From NCBI RefSeq assembly GCF_009914755.1, contig NC_060933.1: DNA of 64,000 nt; one strand, written 5' to 3'. Origin of the DNA: the human T2T-CHM13v2.0 reference genome, Homo sapiens. Positions 27,819 through 41,659 of this stretch are shown here, in pieces. Below the pieces are notes generated by a model that had not been told where the DNA came from, did no database searches, and worked only from the letters and a program-made list of their open reading frames with translations. The position numbers and the translations under genes were made by a program. How positions within the stretch are numbered: the first letter of the stretch is position 1; each line of letters opens with the position of its first letter.

Positions 27819-28349
27819 CCTTTTGGCCTGTCTCGGCTTTTAACATACCTTCCTCACTCAGCTTAATCATTTCTCACTTTAGATTTATAATAAGAGATGT
27901 GTGACTCTTACTTTCACTTGAACACATAGAGGCCTTTATAGAGTTATTAATTGGCCTAATTTCAATATTGCTGTGTCTCAGAAAACAGACCTGAGGAGAG
28001 GGTGAGATGGAGGAAGGGCAGATCGATGGAACCATTCGAATACACATATGTATCAATTAAGCTCATTGTCTTTTGGAGCATGGCTTGTGATGCCCCAAAA
28101 CAATGACAATAGTAATATCAATGATCACTGATAACAGATCACCATAACAGATATAATAATAACAAAACATCTGAAATATTGCAAGAATTACAAAGATGTA
28201 ACACAGAGGTGCAAAATAAGCACATGCTACCAGAAAAGTGGCACTGGTAGACTTGCTTGGTGCAGGGTTGCCACAAACCTTCAACCTGTACAAACTGCAA
28301 TATCCGAGAAGCATAATAAAGTGAAGTGCAATAAAACAAGTTAAGCTTG
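27819..28349 (-). mobile_element. Tigger1 5' fragment
   Basis: ORF remnant [17 protein letters not shown] (Tigger1 transposase N-terminus) and the TIR region gcaataaaacaagttaagcttg followed by TA. Confidence 0.85.
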
Positions 28350-28467
28350 TATATGTATGCATGCACACACCAGTACACATCCACCTATCCACACACAAAT
28401 CTTTGTACTAACAAAGCCTGTATTTTCAATTCCAACAATACATCATTTGTACCTTAAAAATCTCTGT

Positions 28468-30835
28468 CATCCTTGTAGTGTCCTTTTCTGTCTTTGTTAT
28501 CAGGGTAATGCTGGCCTCATAAAAAATGTTTGGAAGTGTTCCCTCCTCTTCAACTTTTGGAAGAGTTTGTGAAGAAATCGTATTAATTCTTCTTCAAACA
28601 TTTGGTAGAATTCTCCACTAAGCTATCTGGTCTTGGATTTTCCTTTTTCAGGAGCTTTTTGACTACTGACTCAATATTTTTAATCATTATTTATCTGTTT
28701 TTATTTTCTATTTCTTCATGTTTCAGTCTAGTGGATGTATGTTTCTAGAAATTTCTCTATTCTAAGTTAAACAATTAGTTGACACATAGTTGTTTAGAGT
28801 AGACTATTATTATCCTTTGTATTTCTATGGTACCAATTTTAATATCTCCTTTTTTGTTCTAATTTTATTTACTTGAGATTTCTTTTTTCTTGGCCTAGTG
28901 AGAGGTTGGTCAATTTTTATTATCTTTTCAAAAAATCAACTCTTCGTTTCATTCATCTTTTCTATTGTTTTTCTAGTCTATTTCATTTATTTCTGCTATG
29001 ATCTTTGTTATTTCCTTCTAATTTTGGGCTTGATTATTTTTTTCTATTTTTTGAGGTTTATTTGGGATCTTTTTTCTTTATTTAGCACTTATCTGTATAA
29101 ACTTCCCTCTCTTAGAACGGCTTTTGCTTCATCTCATCAGTTTTAGTATGTCGTGCTTTCATTTTAGTTTGTCTCAAGATATTTTATTTCTTTTTTGATG
29201 TTTTCTTTGATCTACTGGTTATTCAGGAGTGTGTTGGTTGATTTCCACATATTTGTCACTTTTCTAAGTTTTCTCCTGTTTTTAATTTCAGTTTCATGCC
29301 ACTGTAGTCAAAAAGAATACTTGGTGAGATCTCAATCTTCTTAAATTTGCTAAGACTTGTTTTCTGGCCTAATATATGACCTATGTTGGAGAATGTACTG
29401 TGTATGCTCGAGAAGAATGTGTATTTTGCTGTTTTGGAAAGGAATGTCATGTATATGTCTGGTCCATTTGATCTATAGTGTAGTTCAAGTCAGCTGTTTC
29501 CTTATTGATTATCTGTCTGAATGATCAATCCATTGTTGAAAGTGGGATATGGAAGTCCCTTACTGTTATTGTATTATTGTTGTCTACTTCTCTCTTCAGA
29601 TTTGTTAATATTTGCTTTATATAATTAGGTGCTCCAATGTTGGGAGAATATATATTTGCAGTAGTTATATCCTCTTGATGAATTGAGACTTGTATCATTC
29701 TATAATGACTTTCTTTGTCTCTTGTTACAGTTTTTGACTTAAAGTCTATTTTGTTTGTTGTAAGAATAGCTACTCTTTCTCTTCTTTTGTTCCCTCTCTT
29801 TCAGTCTATGTGTGTCTCTAAAGGTGAAGTGAGTCTCTTATAGGTGGCATATATTTGGTTCTTGTTTTACTATCCATTCAGCCACTCTGTGTCTTTTGTT
29901 TCACTGATTTGGTCCACTGATATTTAAAGTAACTATTGATAGGCATTTTGTAGTTTTCTTGTTCTTTTATTTCTCTCTTGCTGTGCATGATTTGATTACT
30001 TTGATTATTTTCTGTAGTGGTATACTTTGATTCTTTGCTGTGCCTTTGTATTAATTCTTTTTTAAACATGTGGTAAAATTCTCATTTGTGTATCTGTTAC
30101 ATGTTTGTCTTTGTGATTATCATGAGGCTTACATAAAACATTGTATGCTATCGTGTGCCACACAAGGATGTTTTGGTCAATGATGGGCCACATATACAAC
30201 GGTGGTCCCATAAGGTTATAACATTTTTATTGTACCTTTCATATGTTTAGATACATTAGATACACAAATGCTTATGATTGTATTACAGTTGCCTATAGCA
30301 TTCAGTATAGTACAATGCTGTACAGATTTGTAGCCTGGAAACAATAGGTTATACCATATAGCCTGGGTGTGTGTTAGGTGGTATTATCTAATTTTGTGTA
30401 AGTATACTCTATGATATTCACACCATGACAAAATTGCATTATTCAGAACATATCCACATTAAGAAATGCATGATTGTAGTTATAATGGTCTATTTTAAGT
30501 TGATAACAACTTAACTTCAATCATATACAAAAACCCTACACTTTACTCCCCTCCACTTATGTTTTTTGATGTCAGAGTTTCTTTCTTTGTATATTTTGTA
30601 ATTATATTTATTTGTAGTATTTTTTGTCTTTTAACCTTTTAAAAGTTAAAGTGATTATACTGCATCATTACAGTATTAGGAGTATTTTGAATTTGACTGT
30701 ATAGTTACCAGTGACTTTTTATAACTGCATATGGTTTCATGATACTAATTAGTCTTATTGCATTTCAGTTTGAGGAACTCCCTTTAGGGTTTCTTATAAA
30801 GCAGATCTAGTGACAGTGGACTCCCCTAGATTACT
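28468..30835 (-). mobile_element. L1MA-type antisense segment (ORF1 end to ORF2 endonuclease/linker)
   Basis: Antisense ORF2 peptides (YTFFSSIHSTFSNIGHILGQKTSLSKFKKIEI); interrupted by Tigger3a. Confidence 0.82.
30146..30477 (+). mobile_element. Tigger3a (MER7A-like) MITE
   Basis: ttttggtcaatgatgggccacatatacaacggtggtcccataagg...catgattgta. Confidence 0.8.
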
Positions 30836-31118
30836 GTGGGGGGTTTCTGAAAAAGTCTGTAAGTCCTAGCCAGAGCAATTAGGTAAGAAAAAGAAATAAA
30901 AGGCATCCAAATTGGAAAAGAAGTGAAAGTGTGTCTATTTCAAGATGACATGATCTTATATAGAGAAAATTCTAAAGGCTCCAAAAAAAAACTGTTAAAA
31001 TTAAGAAACAAATTCAGCAAATTTACAGAACACATAATTAACATTAAAAAAAAAAACCTATTGCATTTCTATATACTAACAGTGAACTATCCCAGAAAGA
31101 AATTAAGAAAACAATCTC

Positions 31119-31407
<289 letters not shown>

Positions 31408-32251
31408 TTACAATAGCATCAAAAAATTAACTTAGGAATAAATTTAAATAAGAAAGTAAAATTTCTATATACCAAAAACTATAGAACACTGATGAAAGAA
31501 TTTGAAGATAAAAGAATCTCTATTACTCAGTGTGATCTACAGATATAATGCAACCCCTATCAAAATTTCAGTGGCATTTTTCAAAGCAATGGAAAAAAGC
31601 AATTCTAAAATCCGTGTGCAACAGACCCCAAACAGTCAAAACATTCTTGAACAGAAAAAACAAAAGTGGAAGCATCACATTACCTTATTCCAAACTAAAT
31701 TATAAAGCTATAGTAATTAAAATAGTATGGTACTGGCATAAAAACAGACATGTAGGCCAAGGGAAAAGAATAGAGAGCACAGAAACAAATCCATGCCTTT
31801 ACAATCAATTGATCTTCAGCATTGGTGCCAAGAAAACACAATGATAAAAGTTTAGTCTCTAATAAATGGTGTTGGGAAAACTGGATATCCACATGCAGAA
31901 GAATGAAACTGAACCCTTATCTCACCCCACATACAAAAATTGACTCAAAATGGATAAAAGACCTCAACCTAGGAGCAATATTGTAAAACTCTTAGACATA
32001 AATATAGGAGAAAAGCTCCTTGACACTGGTATTGGTAATAAATTTTCAGATTTGACACCAAAAGTATAGACAACAAAAGCAAAACTAGACAAATGGGACT
32101 AAATCAAAGTAAAAGATTCAGCACAACAAAGGAGACAATCAATACAATGAAAAGACAACCTAAAGAATGGGAGAAAATATTTACATGCTATATATCTGAT
32201 AAGAAGTTAATATCCAAATAAATTAGGAACTTAGACGATTCCAAAGGACCT

Positions 32252-34542
32252 TGTATTAGTCTGTTTTCATGCTGCTGATAAAGACATACCTGAGACTGGG
32301 TGATTTATAAAGAAAAAAGAGGTTTAATGGACTCACAGTTCAACACAGGTAGGGAGGCCTCATGATCACAGTTGGAAGGTGAAAGGCATGTCTTACATGA
32401 CAGCCGGCAAGGCAGGATGAAAGCCAAGCAAAAGGGGAAACCCCTTATAAAGCAATCAGATCTTGTGAGATTTATTTACTACCATGAGAACAGTATGGGA
32501 GAAACTGCCCCCATGATTCAATTGTCTTCCACCAGGTCCCTCCCACAACATGTGGGAATTATGGGAACTACAATTCAAGATGAGATTTGGGTAGGGACAC
32601 AGCCAAATCATATCATTCTGCCCTGGCTCCTCCCAAATCTCATGTCTTCATATTTGAAAGCAAATTATGCCTTCCCAACAGTCCCCCAACATCTTAACTC
32701 ATTTGAGCATTAACTCAAAAGTCCACTCTCCAAAGTCTTATCTGAGACAAGGCAAGTCCCTTCCAGCTATGAGAACATAAAGTCAAAAGCAAGTCAGTTA
32801 TTTTCCAGATACAATGGAGGTACAGGGAGGGTGTAAATATACCTGTTCCAAATGGTTGAAATTGGCCAAAACAAAGAGGCTACAGGCCCCAAATCCAAAA
32901 TCCAGCAGGCCAGTCAAATCTTAAAGTGCCAAAATGCACTCCCTTGACTCCACGTCTCGCATCCAGGTCACACTTATGCAAGAGGTGGGCTCCCATGGCC
33001 TTGGGCAGCTCCACCCCTGTGGCTTTGCAGGACATATCCCCCCTCCTGGTTGCTTTCATGAGCTGGCATTGTCTGTGGCCTTCCCGTGTGCATGGTCAAG
33101 CTGTTGGTGGATCTACCATTCTGGGGTCCAGAGGACGGTGGCCTACTTCTCACAGATCCAGCAGGCAGTACCCAAGTGGGGACTGTGTAGGGGCTTCAAC
33201 CCCACATTTCCGTTCTGCACTGTCCTAGCAGAGGTTTTCCATGAGGGACCCCGCCCCCCCGCCCCACAGCAAAATTCTGCCTGGACATCCAGGTGTTTCC
33301 ATACATCCTCTGAAATCTAGGCAGAGGTTCCCAAACCTCAGTTCTTGACTTCTGTGCACCCACAGACTCAACACCATGTGAAACTGCCAAGGTTTGGGGC
33401 TTGTGCCCTCTGAAGCCAAAGTCCAAGCTGTACCTTGGCCCCTTTTAGCCATGGCTAAAGTGGCTGGGATGCAGGGCATCAAGTCTCAAAGTGGCACACA
33501 GCAGGGAGCCCCTGAATCCAGCCCAGGATTTTTTCCTTTTAGGCCTCCTGGCCTCTGATGGGAGGGACTGCCACAAAGATCTCTGACATGTCCTGGAGAT
33601 ATTTTCCCCATTGTCTTGGGGATGAACATTTGGCTCCTTGTTGCTTATGCAAATTTCTGCAGCTGGCTTGAATTTCTCCTCAGAAAATTGGTTTTTCTTG
33701 TCTATCATGTCGTTTGGCTGCAAATTTTCCAAAGTTTTATGCCGTTTCCTTTTAAAACTGAATGCTTTTAACAGCACCCAAGTCACCTCTTGAATGCTTT
33801 GCTGCTTAGAAATTTCTTCTGCCAGCTACCCTAAATCATCTCCCTCAAGTTCAAAGTTCCACAAATCTCTAGGGCAGGGGCAAAATGCTGCCAGTCTCTT
33901 TGCTAAAACATAGCAAGATTTACCTTTACTCCAGTTCCCAACAAGTTCCTCGTCTCCATCTCAGACAACCTCAGCCTGAATTTCATTGTCCATATCATTA
34001 TTAGCATTTTGTTCAAAGCTACTCAACAAGTCTCTAGGGAGTTCCAAATTTTCTCATGTTTTTCTGTCTTTCTGTGAGCCCTCCAAACTGTTCCAACCTC
34101 TTCCTATTACCCAGTTCCGAAGTTGGTTCCACATTTTTGGATAACTTTACAGCAGCACCCCACTTTACCAGTACCAATTTACTGTATTCATCTGTTTTCA
34201 TGCTGCTCATAAAGGCATACCAAAGACTGTGTAATTTATAAAGAAAAAGAGGTTTAATGGACTCACAGTTCCATAAGGCTGGGGAGGCCTTACTTATGGT
34301 GGGAGGCTAAAGGCACATATTACACAGCAGCAGGCAAGACAGAATGAAAGCCAAGTGAAAAAGGAAATCACTTATAAAACAATCGGATCTTGTGAGGCTT
34401 ATTTACTACCACAAAAACAGTATGGGGAAAACTGCTCCCATGATTCAATTGTCTCCTACTGGGTCCCTCTGATAACACGTGGGAATTATGGGAGCTACAA
34501 TTCAACATGAGATTTGGGTGGGGACACAGCCAAAGCGTATCA
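32252..34542 (-). mobile_element. Full-length THE1B MaLR provirus (LTRs 32252-32615 and 34183-34542)
   Basis: Two similar THE1 LTRs flank THE1-int; perfect 5-bp TSD GACCT (32247-32251, 34543-34547). Confidence 0.93.
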
Positions 34543-34978
34543 GACCTGAAGAGATACACTTCTAAAAGACATACGATTGACAATAGGTATATACTAAGAA
34601 AAAGATGTTTGCCATTACTAATCATCAGGAAAATGCACAATGAGATATCACCTCACATCTATTAGGATGGCTATTGTAACAGTAAAAAGGTAACAAATGT
34701 TGCTGAGGATATTGAGAAAAAGAAACCCTTGTGCTTAGTTGATAGTTGATGGGAATGTAAATTGGTACAGCCATTAGAGACAACAGTATGGAGTTTCCTC
34801 AAAAAATTAAAAATGGAACTCCCATATAATCCAGCAATCCCCATCTAGGTATATATCCAAAGTAAAGAAAATCACTATCTCAAAGAGATATGTATACTTA
34901 CATGTTCATTGCAGTGTTATGTACACAGCCAAGATATGGAAACTACCTGTGTCCATTGACAGATGGATGTTTTAAATG

Positions 34979-34982
<4 letters not shown>

Positions 34983-35028
<46 letters not shown>
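34983..35028. repeat. (AC)n microsatellite
   Basis: Perfect dinucleotide run of about 23 units. Confidence 0.95.
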
Positions 35029-35030
<2 letters not shown>

Positions 35031-35737
35031 GGAATATCATTTAGCCTTTAAAAATGAGGAAATACTGCCATTTGTAACAAAATGGACAAACCTGGAGTTT
35101 ATTATGGTAAGTAAAATAAGCCAGGAACACACACACACAAATATCCTGCATGATTTCACTTATATGCATACTAAGAAAATGTCAAACTCATGGTAACAGA
35201 GTAAAATAGTGCTTACCAGGGCCTGGGAGTTGGGGGAAAAGAAAAAATGTTTGTCAGAAGGTACAAACTTTCAGTTATAAGATGAATAAGTTCTGGAGAT
35301 CTAATGTACAGCATAGTGACTAAAGTCAATAATAATGTATACATGAAATTTGCTGAAAGAGTAGATCTCAAGTGTTCTCCACCACACAAACACAAATAAA
35401 AAGGTAACCAGGTGAGGTGATGAATATGTTAGCTTGATTGTGGTAATCATCACTTCACAATGTATATGTATATCAAAATAACACACTGCACACCTTAACT
35501 ATATACAATTTTTCTGTTAATCAATAGAACTGGCAAAAATATGTTATATGTTGCCTTGACTCCATTTCTTCTTATTTTGTCAAAATAGATAGTCCTCATT
35601 GTTTGCATGTTTAGAAACTTGTGCTACATCTAGAAGCCAGGAGTGGGGTAGGGTGAACTAAGTTACTGATTCTTTAGGAACCTTAGGGTGTAAGGTGGGA
35701 CTGGAGTTCAAGGCCTAGGAGCTGAGTCTGGTCTTGA

Positions 35738-36056
<319 letters not shown>

Positions 36057-36499
36057 ATGAGCAGCCTCTTCTGATATCCCTGGTGTGTTCTGTACACTTT
36101 TTTTTTGTCTGAATGCACCTTTCCTTTCTCCTCCCTTGCACTCCAGAACTGTGGATACTCAAGTCTATCCTGAACCATATAGAGGGGGAGCTTTGAGTGC
36201 TATATGAAATTCATTTATGATATCATTCTTCATTCCTTCACAGAAGTAACTCAGAGTTCAATTAGGGATTCACATGGTAAATTTGTCTTAATGCTCCAAG
36301 TGGGCTTAAAGGAACTTCCTTCTTGTCGGCCATCATGTTTGTATACAACTGTAATGGGAATTTGAGTTTGTATGACTAGTGTCATGAGCACTCATGTTTG
36401 TGAGCACACCTCTGCATCTGCTATTTCTTCTATTGGCCTACAGACTTTTCCTTCTTTAGGATATTATCAACTTGAATTCAAATTTTTATCAAAAATTGG

Positions 36500-37300
36500 A
36501 CCTAGCTCTTTTTATTCATATTTTCCTGCTACATTTTTTCCACTAATTTATTTTCGATAGGTTATATTGTGTTTTTTGACACTTAAAAATTTTACCTGAC
36601 AATCTTAACCTTTGATTTATGTAATTATTTTTCCATTATGACTTCTTTCTGTCATCTCATTTATGATTTTTCATACTTTACTGTGTCTTTTTTCCTATTT
36701 GTACCTCTCACTCTATAGATCAAAAATTTTTCATTTGTTTGAAATCTGGAAATTTTTAACATTGTAATGGTGGTTATGTCATTACTTATGTTAATTTTCT
36801 CAATTTCCTCCATGTGTCAAAATTAATATCATCTCAGCAAACCAAATAAGTACTCTAGCCTCCTCTTGCCACCTCTGGTTTGCTTTCTCTGTTACGACAG
36901 CACTTTGTCTAAGGTGGTACTTTCTGAAGTTTACTTGGAGTTGTTTTCAATATGTTATGTTTTCATGTATTTTTTAGGGTATGATAAACACCACTACCAT
37001 TGATTCTGGAACCCTCAATTCTAACACCACGGTGTATTTCTCTTCTTAGTGGAGTATGTCCTCTAGGCATTTTCAAAGGGATTTATTTGAAATAAAACTT
37101 TTGAGGCCTTACTTTATAATGTCTTTTTCTGTGCTTTCATATTTAAAAGATTTTGGCTGCAAATAATTCAAGGATTAAAAATTGTTTCCTTTTAATCCTT
37201 GAAAAATATTACTTCATTTTATTCTTGTCTCCAGCATTGCTGTTGGAAAGGCTGATGCCAATCAAAACCAATTTTTCCCTAAAGGATGATCTGTCTTCTC
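36500..37300 (-). mobile_element. Ancient L1M/HAL1 ORF1-region fragment
   Basis: ccagcattgctgttggaaaggctgatgccaatc and similar degenerate L1 ORF1 antisense motifs. Confidence 0.5.
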
Positions 37301-38385
37301 ATCATTTTGACAGGATGTAACAAAACAAAGGAGTCTTCAATGTTGTGAGTATAAATCATTTTGCAATTATAAACTTAACTTAAATATTAATGCAATACAA
37401 AAAGAATTAAAACCTTCTTGAGACATGCAAGTGCACAGGAAAATTAACTATCATGCACTCATTCAGGAAGAAAAGGTGCAAAAGAAATTTAATGAAAGAG
37501 ACGGTCGTTAGATGCAAGTGTGGTTGAATGTAGGGATGCGATGCTGACAAGTGGCAGCAGGCCTGGCAAGCTGTCTATCCCAATTCAACTACTTCAGAAA
37601 GAGAAGAATATTAACTAGGCTATCTTGGTGATGTGTTGAAAAAAGGTGCTATGTTTCCTTTTTAATCATTCAAAACAAAGGTAGTAAAATTCCTGGGAAA
37701 TAAGAAATAATGCATCATAAATGTATAAAAATAGAAGAAAATACTATATTTTTATGAATTTAAAATGCCAGCTATTGTAGATTGTTATCTCTTTTCAGAA
37801 GTGCTTTAAAATTGATGGCACATAGTAAAAAAATGGCATAAATTCCAACAATTAATGGAAAAACATTAATCCATCTTCTTGAATCTTGGAACCAGGATTC
37901 TTTTGGGAGGCTTCGGTGTATCTGTGTATCATTTCATTGCCTTCACACAAATCAAATCATGCCACCTGCGACTGTGGTTTGAAAAAAAAAGAAAACATAA
38001 TAATGATGCTGTCAATTCACTTGAGATTCCATGATCAAAATTAACCTATGAACAAAGCACAGACTTTATTATAATTACAAAATAGGATGTAATTTACATA
38101 AAATGTGAAAATATAGGTATAGAACCATATTTGATACAAGTCGAAAGCTATGACAGGGACTGTTGGAGGGGAGGGAAGTTGTACACTAATCTCCACATCC
38201 TACTGAGCCAATCAGTGGTGTTCAAATTGGATGGACTGTATATTTAAACAATATATTATTTAAGCAAAGAATTAAGCACTGTAAGTATATTATTTAGAGG
38301 AAGCAAATTTTTAAAAATCCCTTAAAATTATATATTAAAGGCTAAATTGGAAATATAGTTTTAGAAGAAGAAAGTGGGGTAAATG

Positions 38386-38746
<361 letters not shown>

Positions 38747-39782
38747 TCAAGGGATATTACTTAAAACTGATAAAACAAATTAGGTGATTATATAATATTA
38801 TTTACAGTTCAAGAGAATAGCATATAGTAAAAAAAAGAGTATGATAAAACCTGCCTAACTCTGAAAAACAGGACCAAGGTCTGTGGAAGGAAAAAAAAAG
38901 TTTCTGGTTTCCACTGATTTTTTTGCCATCAAACTGTTTGAATGATTTTCCATGCACATGTGTTGCTTTAATTTAAAAATGTTCTTACTCACAGATCCCC
39001 TTGAATTACGTGTAAAATTAGGTTTCCTTTAGTCAATGGTGTATGAAAAGTAATCAACTCATCTAACTGAAGTTAGACATTAATAAATTATAATTTGGGG
39101 GATAACATAAATATACCTATTAAAAACAACCAGAACATAACAGTTGGCTCTATGTTCTGCTTATCTAGGAATTCTTAAAATTATAAAAAAAAAAAGGAGT
39201 TTCACATTTTTAAAGAAACATTAGGAATAAAAATGTAAGTGTTTCTCTTGGATAAAGCTCTTAAAATCACTAGTAGAATAAAGTCAATCTAGATTAAGAT
39301 TTATATTTTCAAATTTATAATATGACCAATATTGCCATCAAAATGTTCAGGCACAGAACATTTTAAAGTAGCTATTTTATTGTTTCTCAACATCCTCTTT
39401 CCTTCTATGATTGGCATCACAAATCATGATTGGGACATCTTATCAAAGAACTATACTTGTAGTTTTTGAGTGAAAAGCAAGGGAGAAATTTTATTTGTGC
39501 CTTGACCTTATTGATAATGTGTAACTTGTGATGGCCACTATCAATAGAACTATCAACAGATTCGAAGGGCACTGTTTGTTCCTTTAATATGGAGAAATAT
39601 CGCAAATAACTGGGAAATAATTTAATGACTGAAGCCTTCATTTTTAATCATATAGCTGAGTGATATTTTAAGTTTGATGAGAATAAACATTTGAACAAAA
39701 ATAGCCAATTCCCTGTTTCATAATTTAATACATTTGTGTTAAAAGGTTTAGATGATAAAGTTAATTTTGAAATGCATTATAA

Positions 39783-39878
39783 ATAACTAAGTAGCAATCA
39801 TTAAGTTCATTTTTAAATAACTGTTTAGATAACTTAGTAATTAGCAACCATTAAGTTCATTTTTAACTAACTGTTTAG
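39783..39878. repeat. Two-copy ~50-bp tandem duplication
   Basis: tagcaa(t/c)cattaagttcatttttaa(a/c)taactgtttag at 39792-39828 and 39842-39878. Confidence 0.85.
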
Positions 39879-41094
39879 TCCACAAAAGATAAAAAATATA
39901 TTTTAGAAGGAGAGGGCATTCCAAAATCTGTCTCAGGGACATTTAATGTCAAATATCTTTCAATGAAGCAGAAATGTAAATACATGTTTAGATAATTTAG
40001 GTTAAAAAAGGTAAATTTTGGTTGCCTGCTTAACTTTTATGAAACAGATATTTTCATTCAAGTCCAGCATATATTTTGCTATGACTTCCACATCCTTTCC
40101 TCAGAGAATATTTACCTAAACATTAGGGTACCAAAGGAACTAGGAAACAAAAACTTCTTATTAGAGAGAGAAATTTTTAAGTGAGGCACACATTCTAATG
40201 ATAGTAATTTGTTTTTGACATTTTATTAATATTTTGATAACACTAATAAAATCCAAAGGGGCAAGCAGGTATTACTGTCTCAGGGTGGGCCCTCTTTTGT
40301 CATCCTCTGTAAGATCGCAGTCATCAAAGAGCGTGACCCAAGAAGAAAGTAAAACAGTGGAACAAATGAGCATTTCTCTAAATACAAACAGTAGAGTCCT
40401 TGAGAAAGAATCCTTTAAGGCCTTAGATTTCTTTAAACATTTTTAGATAAATAGTCTGGCCTATGCAGAACAAAATGAAATGGTGATAATGAACAGGATA
40501 GTGAAGTTTTGTACTGACATAAATGGCGAGTTGATTAATGCTTAGGATAGTGTGAAAGAAGAACTGAATGAAAAATGAAAATCAAAAGAAGAAATACCCA
40601 GACAGACCCTTTCCTAAAACATGCATCATAAAATATTTAAAAGCATCTGCTTTAATGCATGGGCTGAGTCAAAGTAAGGCAAATTTTCAGATATCTAGAA
40701 GAGCAAAAAAAGTCTGAATCCAGAGGTGTGAGTGTCTCATCTGGCATTTGCCCTGCGGTGCCTCCCAGGACCTACTGGCCCAGACCCATGAGCACCTAAT
40801 TCAGGAAACAGAGACTGATGCCCATGCAGGAAGGAATATAGGCTAAAATGCCTCCTGCATAAATCTAGGATTTCTAAAAAGAAGCACGTTAAGTGCCTGG
40901 GCTAGGAAAATCCCACCCCCATAAGAAAGTGAAAATATGTGCTTGTCTTGGTCCCAATAGGGTAGACAAAAAAATGAAAAATAAAAAACGTATGATAATT
41001 TCTAAATACAAAACAATAGCCATATTGGTTTGGGTTTGAATTCACACTATCTATGGGCCTGAGAAATACCAGGGTGGAAATTAGCCTCTGGTAG

Positions 41095-41637
41095 CAAGAG
41101 CTGAGGCCAGCCAGACTTCCTGGGTCGAGTGGGGACTTGGGGAAATTTCCTGTCTTACCAGAGGATAGTAAAATGCACCAATCAGGAACTTACCTGTCTC
41201 ACGAGTTCTGTGAAATGTACCAATCAGCGCTCTGTAAAACGCACCAATCCATGCTCTGTAAAACACACCAATCAGCGCTCTGTAAAACACACCAATCAGC
41301 AAGCTCTGTAAAAACGCATCAATCGGCAGGATTCTAAAAGTAGTCAATCACAGGGAGGATTGAAAAAAGGGCACTCTGATAGGATAGAAACGTGACAAAT
41401 AAGGGAATAAAACCTGGCCACCCCCCCACCCCCACCCCAGCAGCAGCAACCTGCGTGGGTGCTCTTCCCCGTTGTGGAAGCTTTGTTCTTTAGCTCTTCC
41501 CAATAAACCTTGCTACTGCTCACTCTTCGGGTCCTTGCCATCTTTAAGAGCGGTAACACTCACCGTGAAGGTCGGCGGCTTCATTCTTCAAGTCAGCAAC
41601 ACCACGAACCCACCAGAAGGAATCAACTCTGGACACA
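41095..41637 (+). mobile_element. LTR12-family (ERV9) solo LTR
   Basis: gacttcctgggtcgagtggggacttgg start, tandem caccaatcagcgctctgtaaaa units, gggaataaaa TATA-like box, ggacaca end; TSD gtag/gcag. Confidence 0.88.
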
Positions 41638-41659
41638 GCAGTCCTGAGAGCTAATTAAT

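Noticed and set aside
32372-33786. Multiple 76-128 aa ORFs (likewise 12097-13002)
   Set aside because: Fragments of MaLR internal and LTR sequence.
41178-41325. Regularly spaced short repeats resembling a CRISPR array
   Set aside because: LTR12 CCAAT tandem units with no unique spacers, in eukaryotic DNA.
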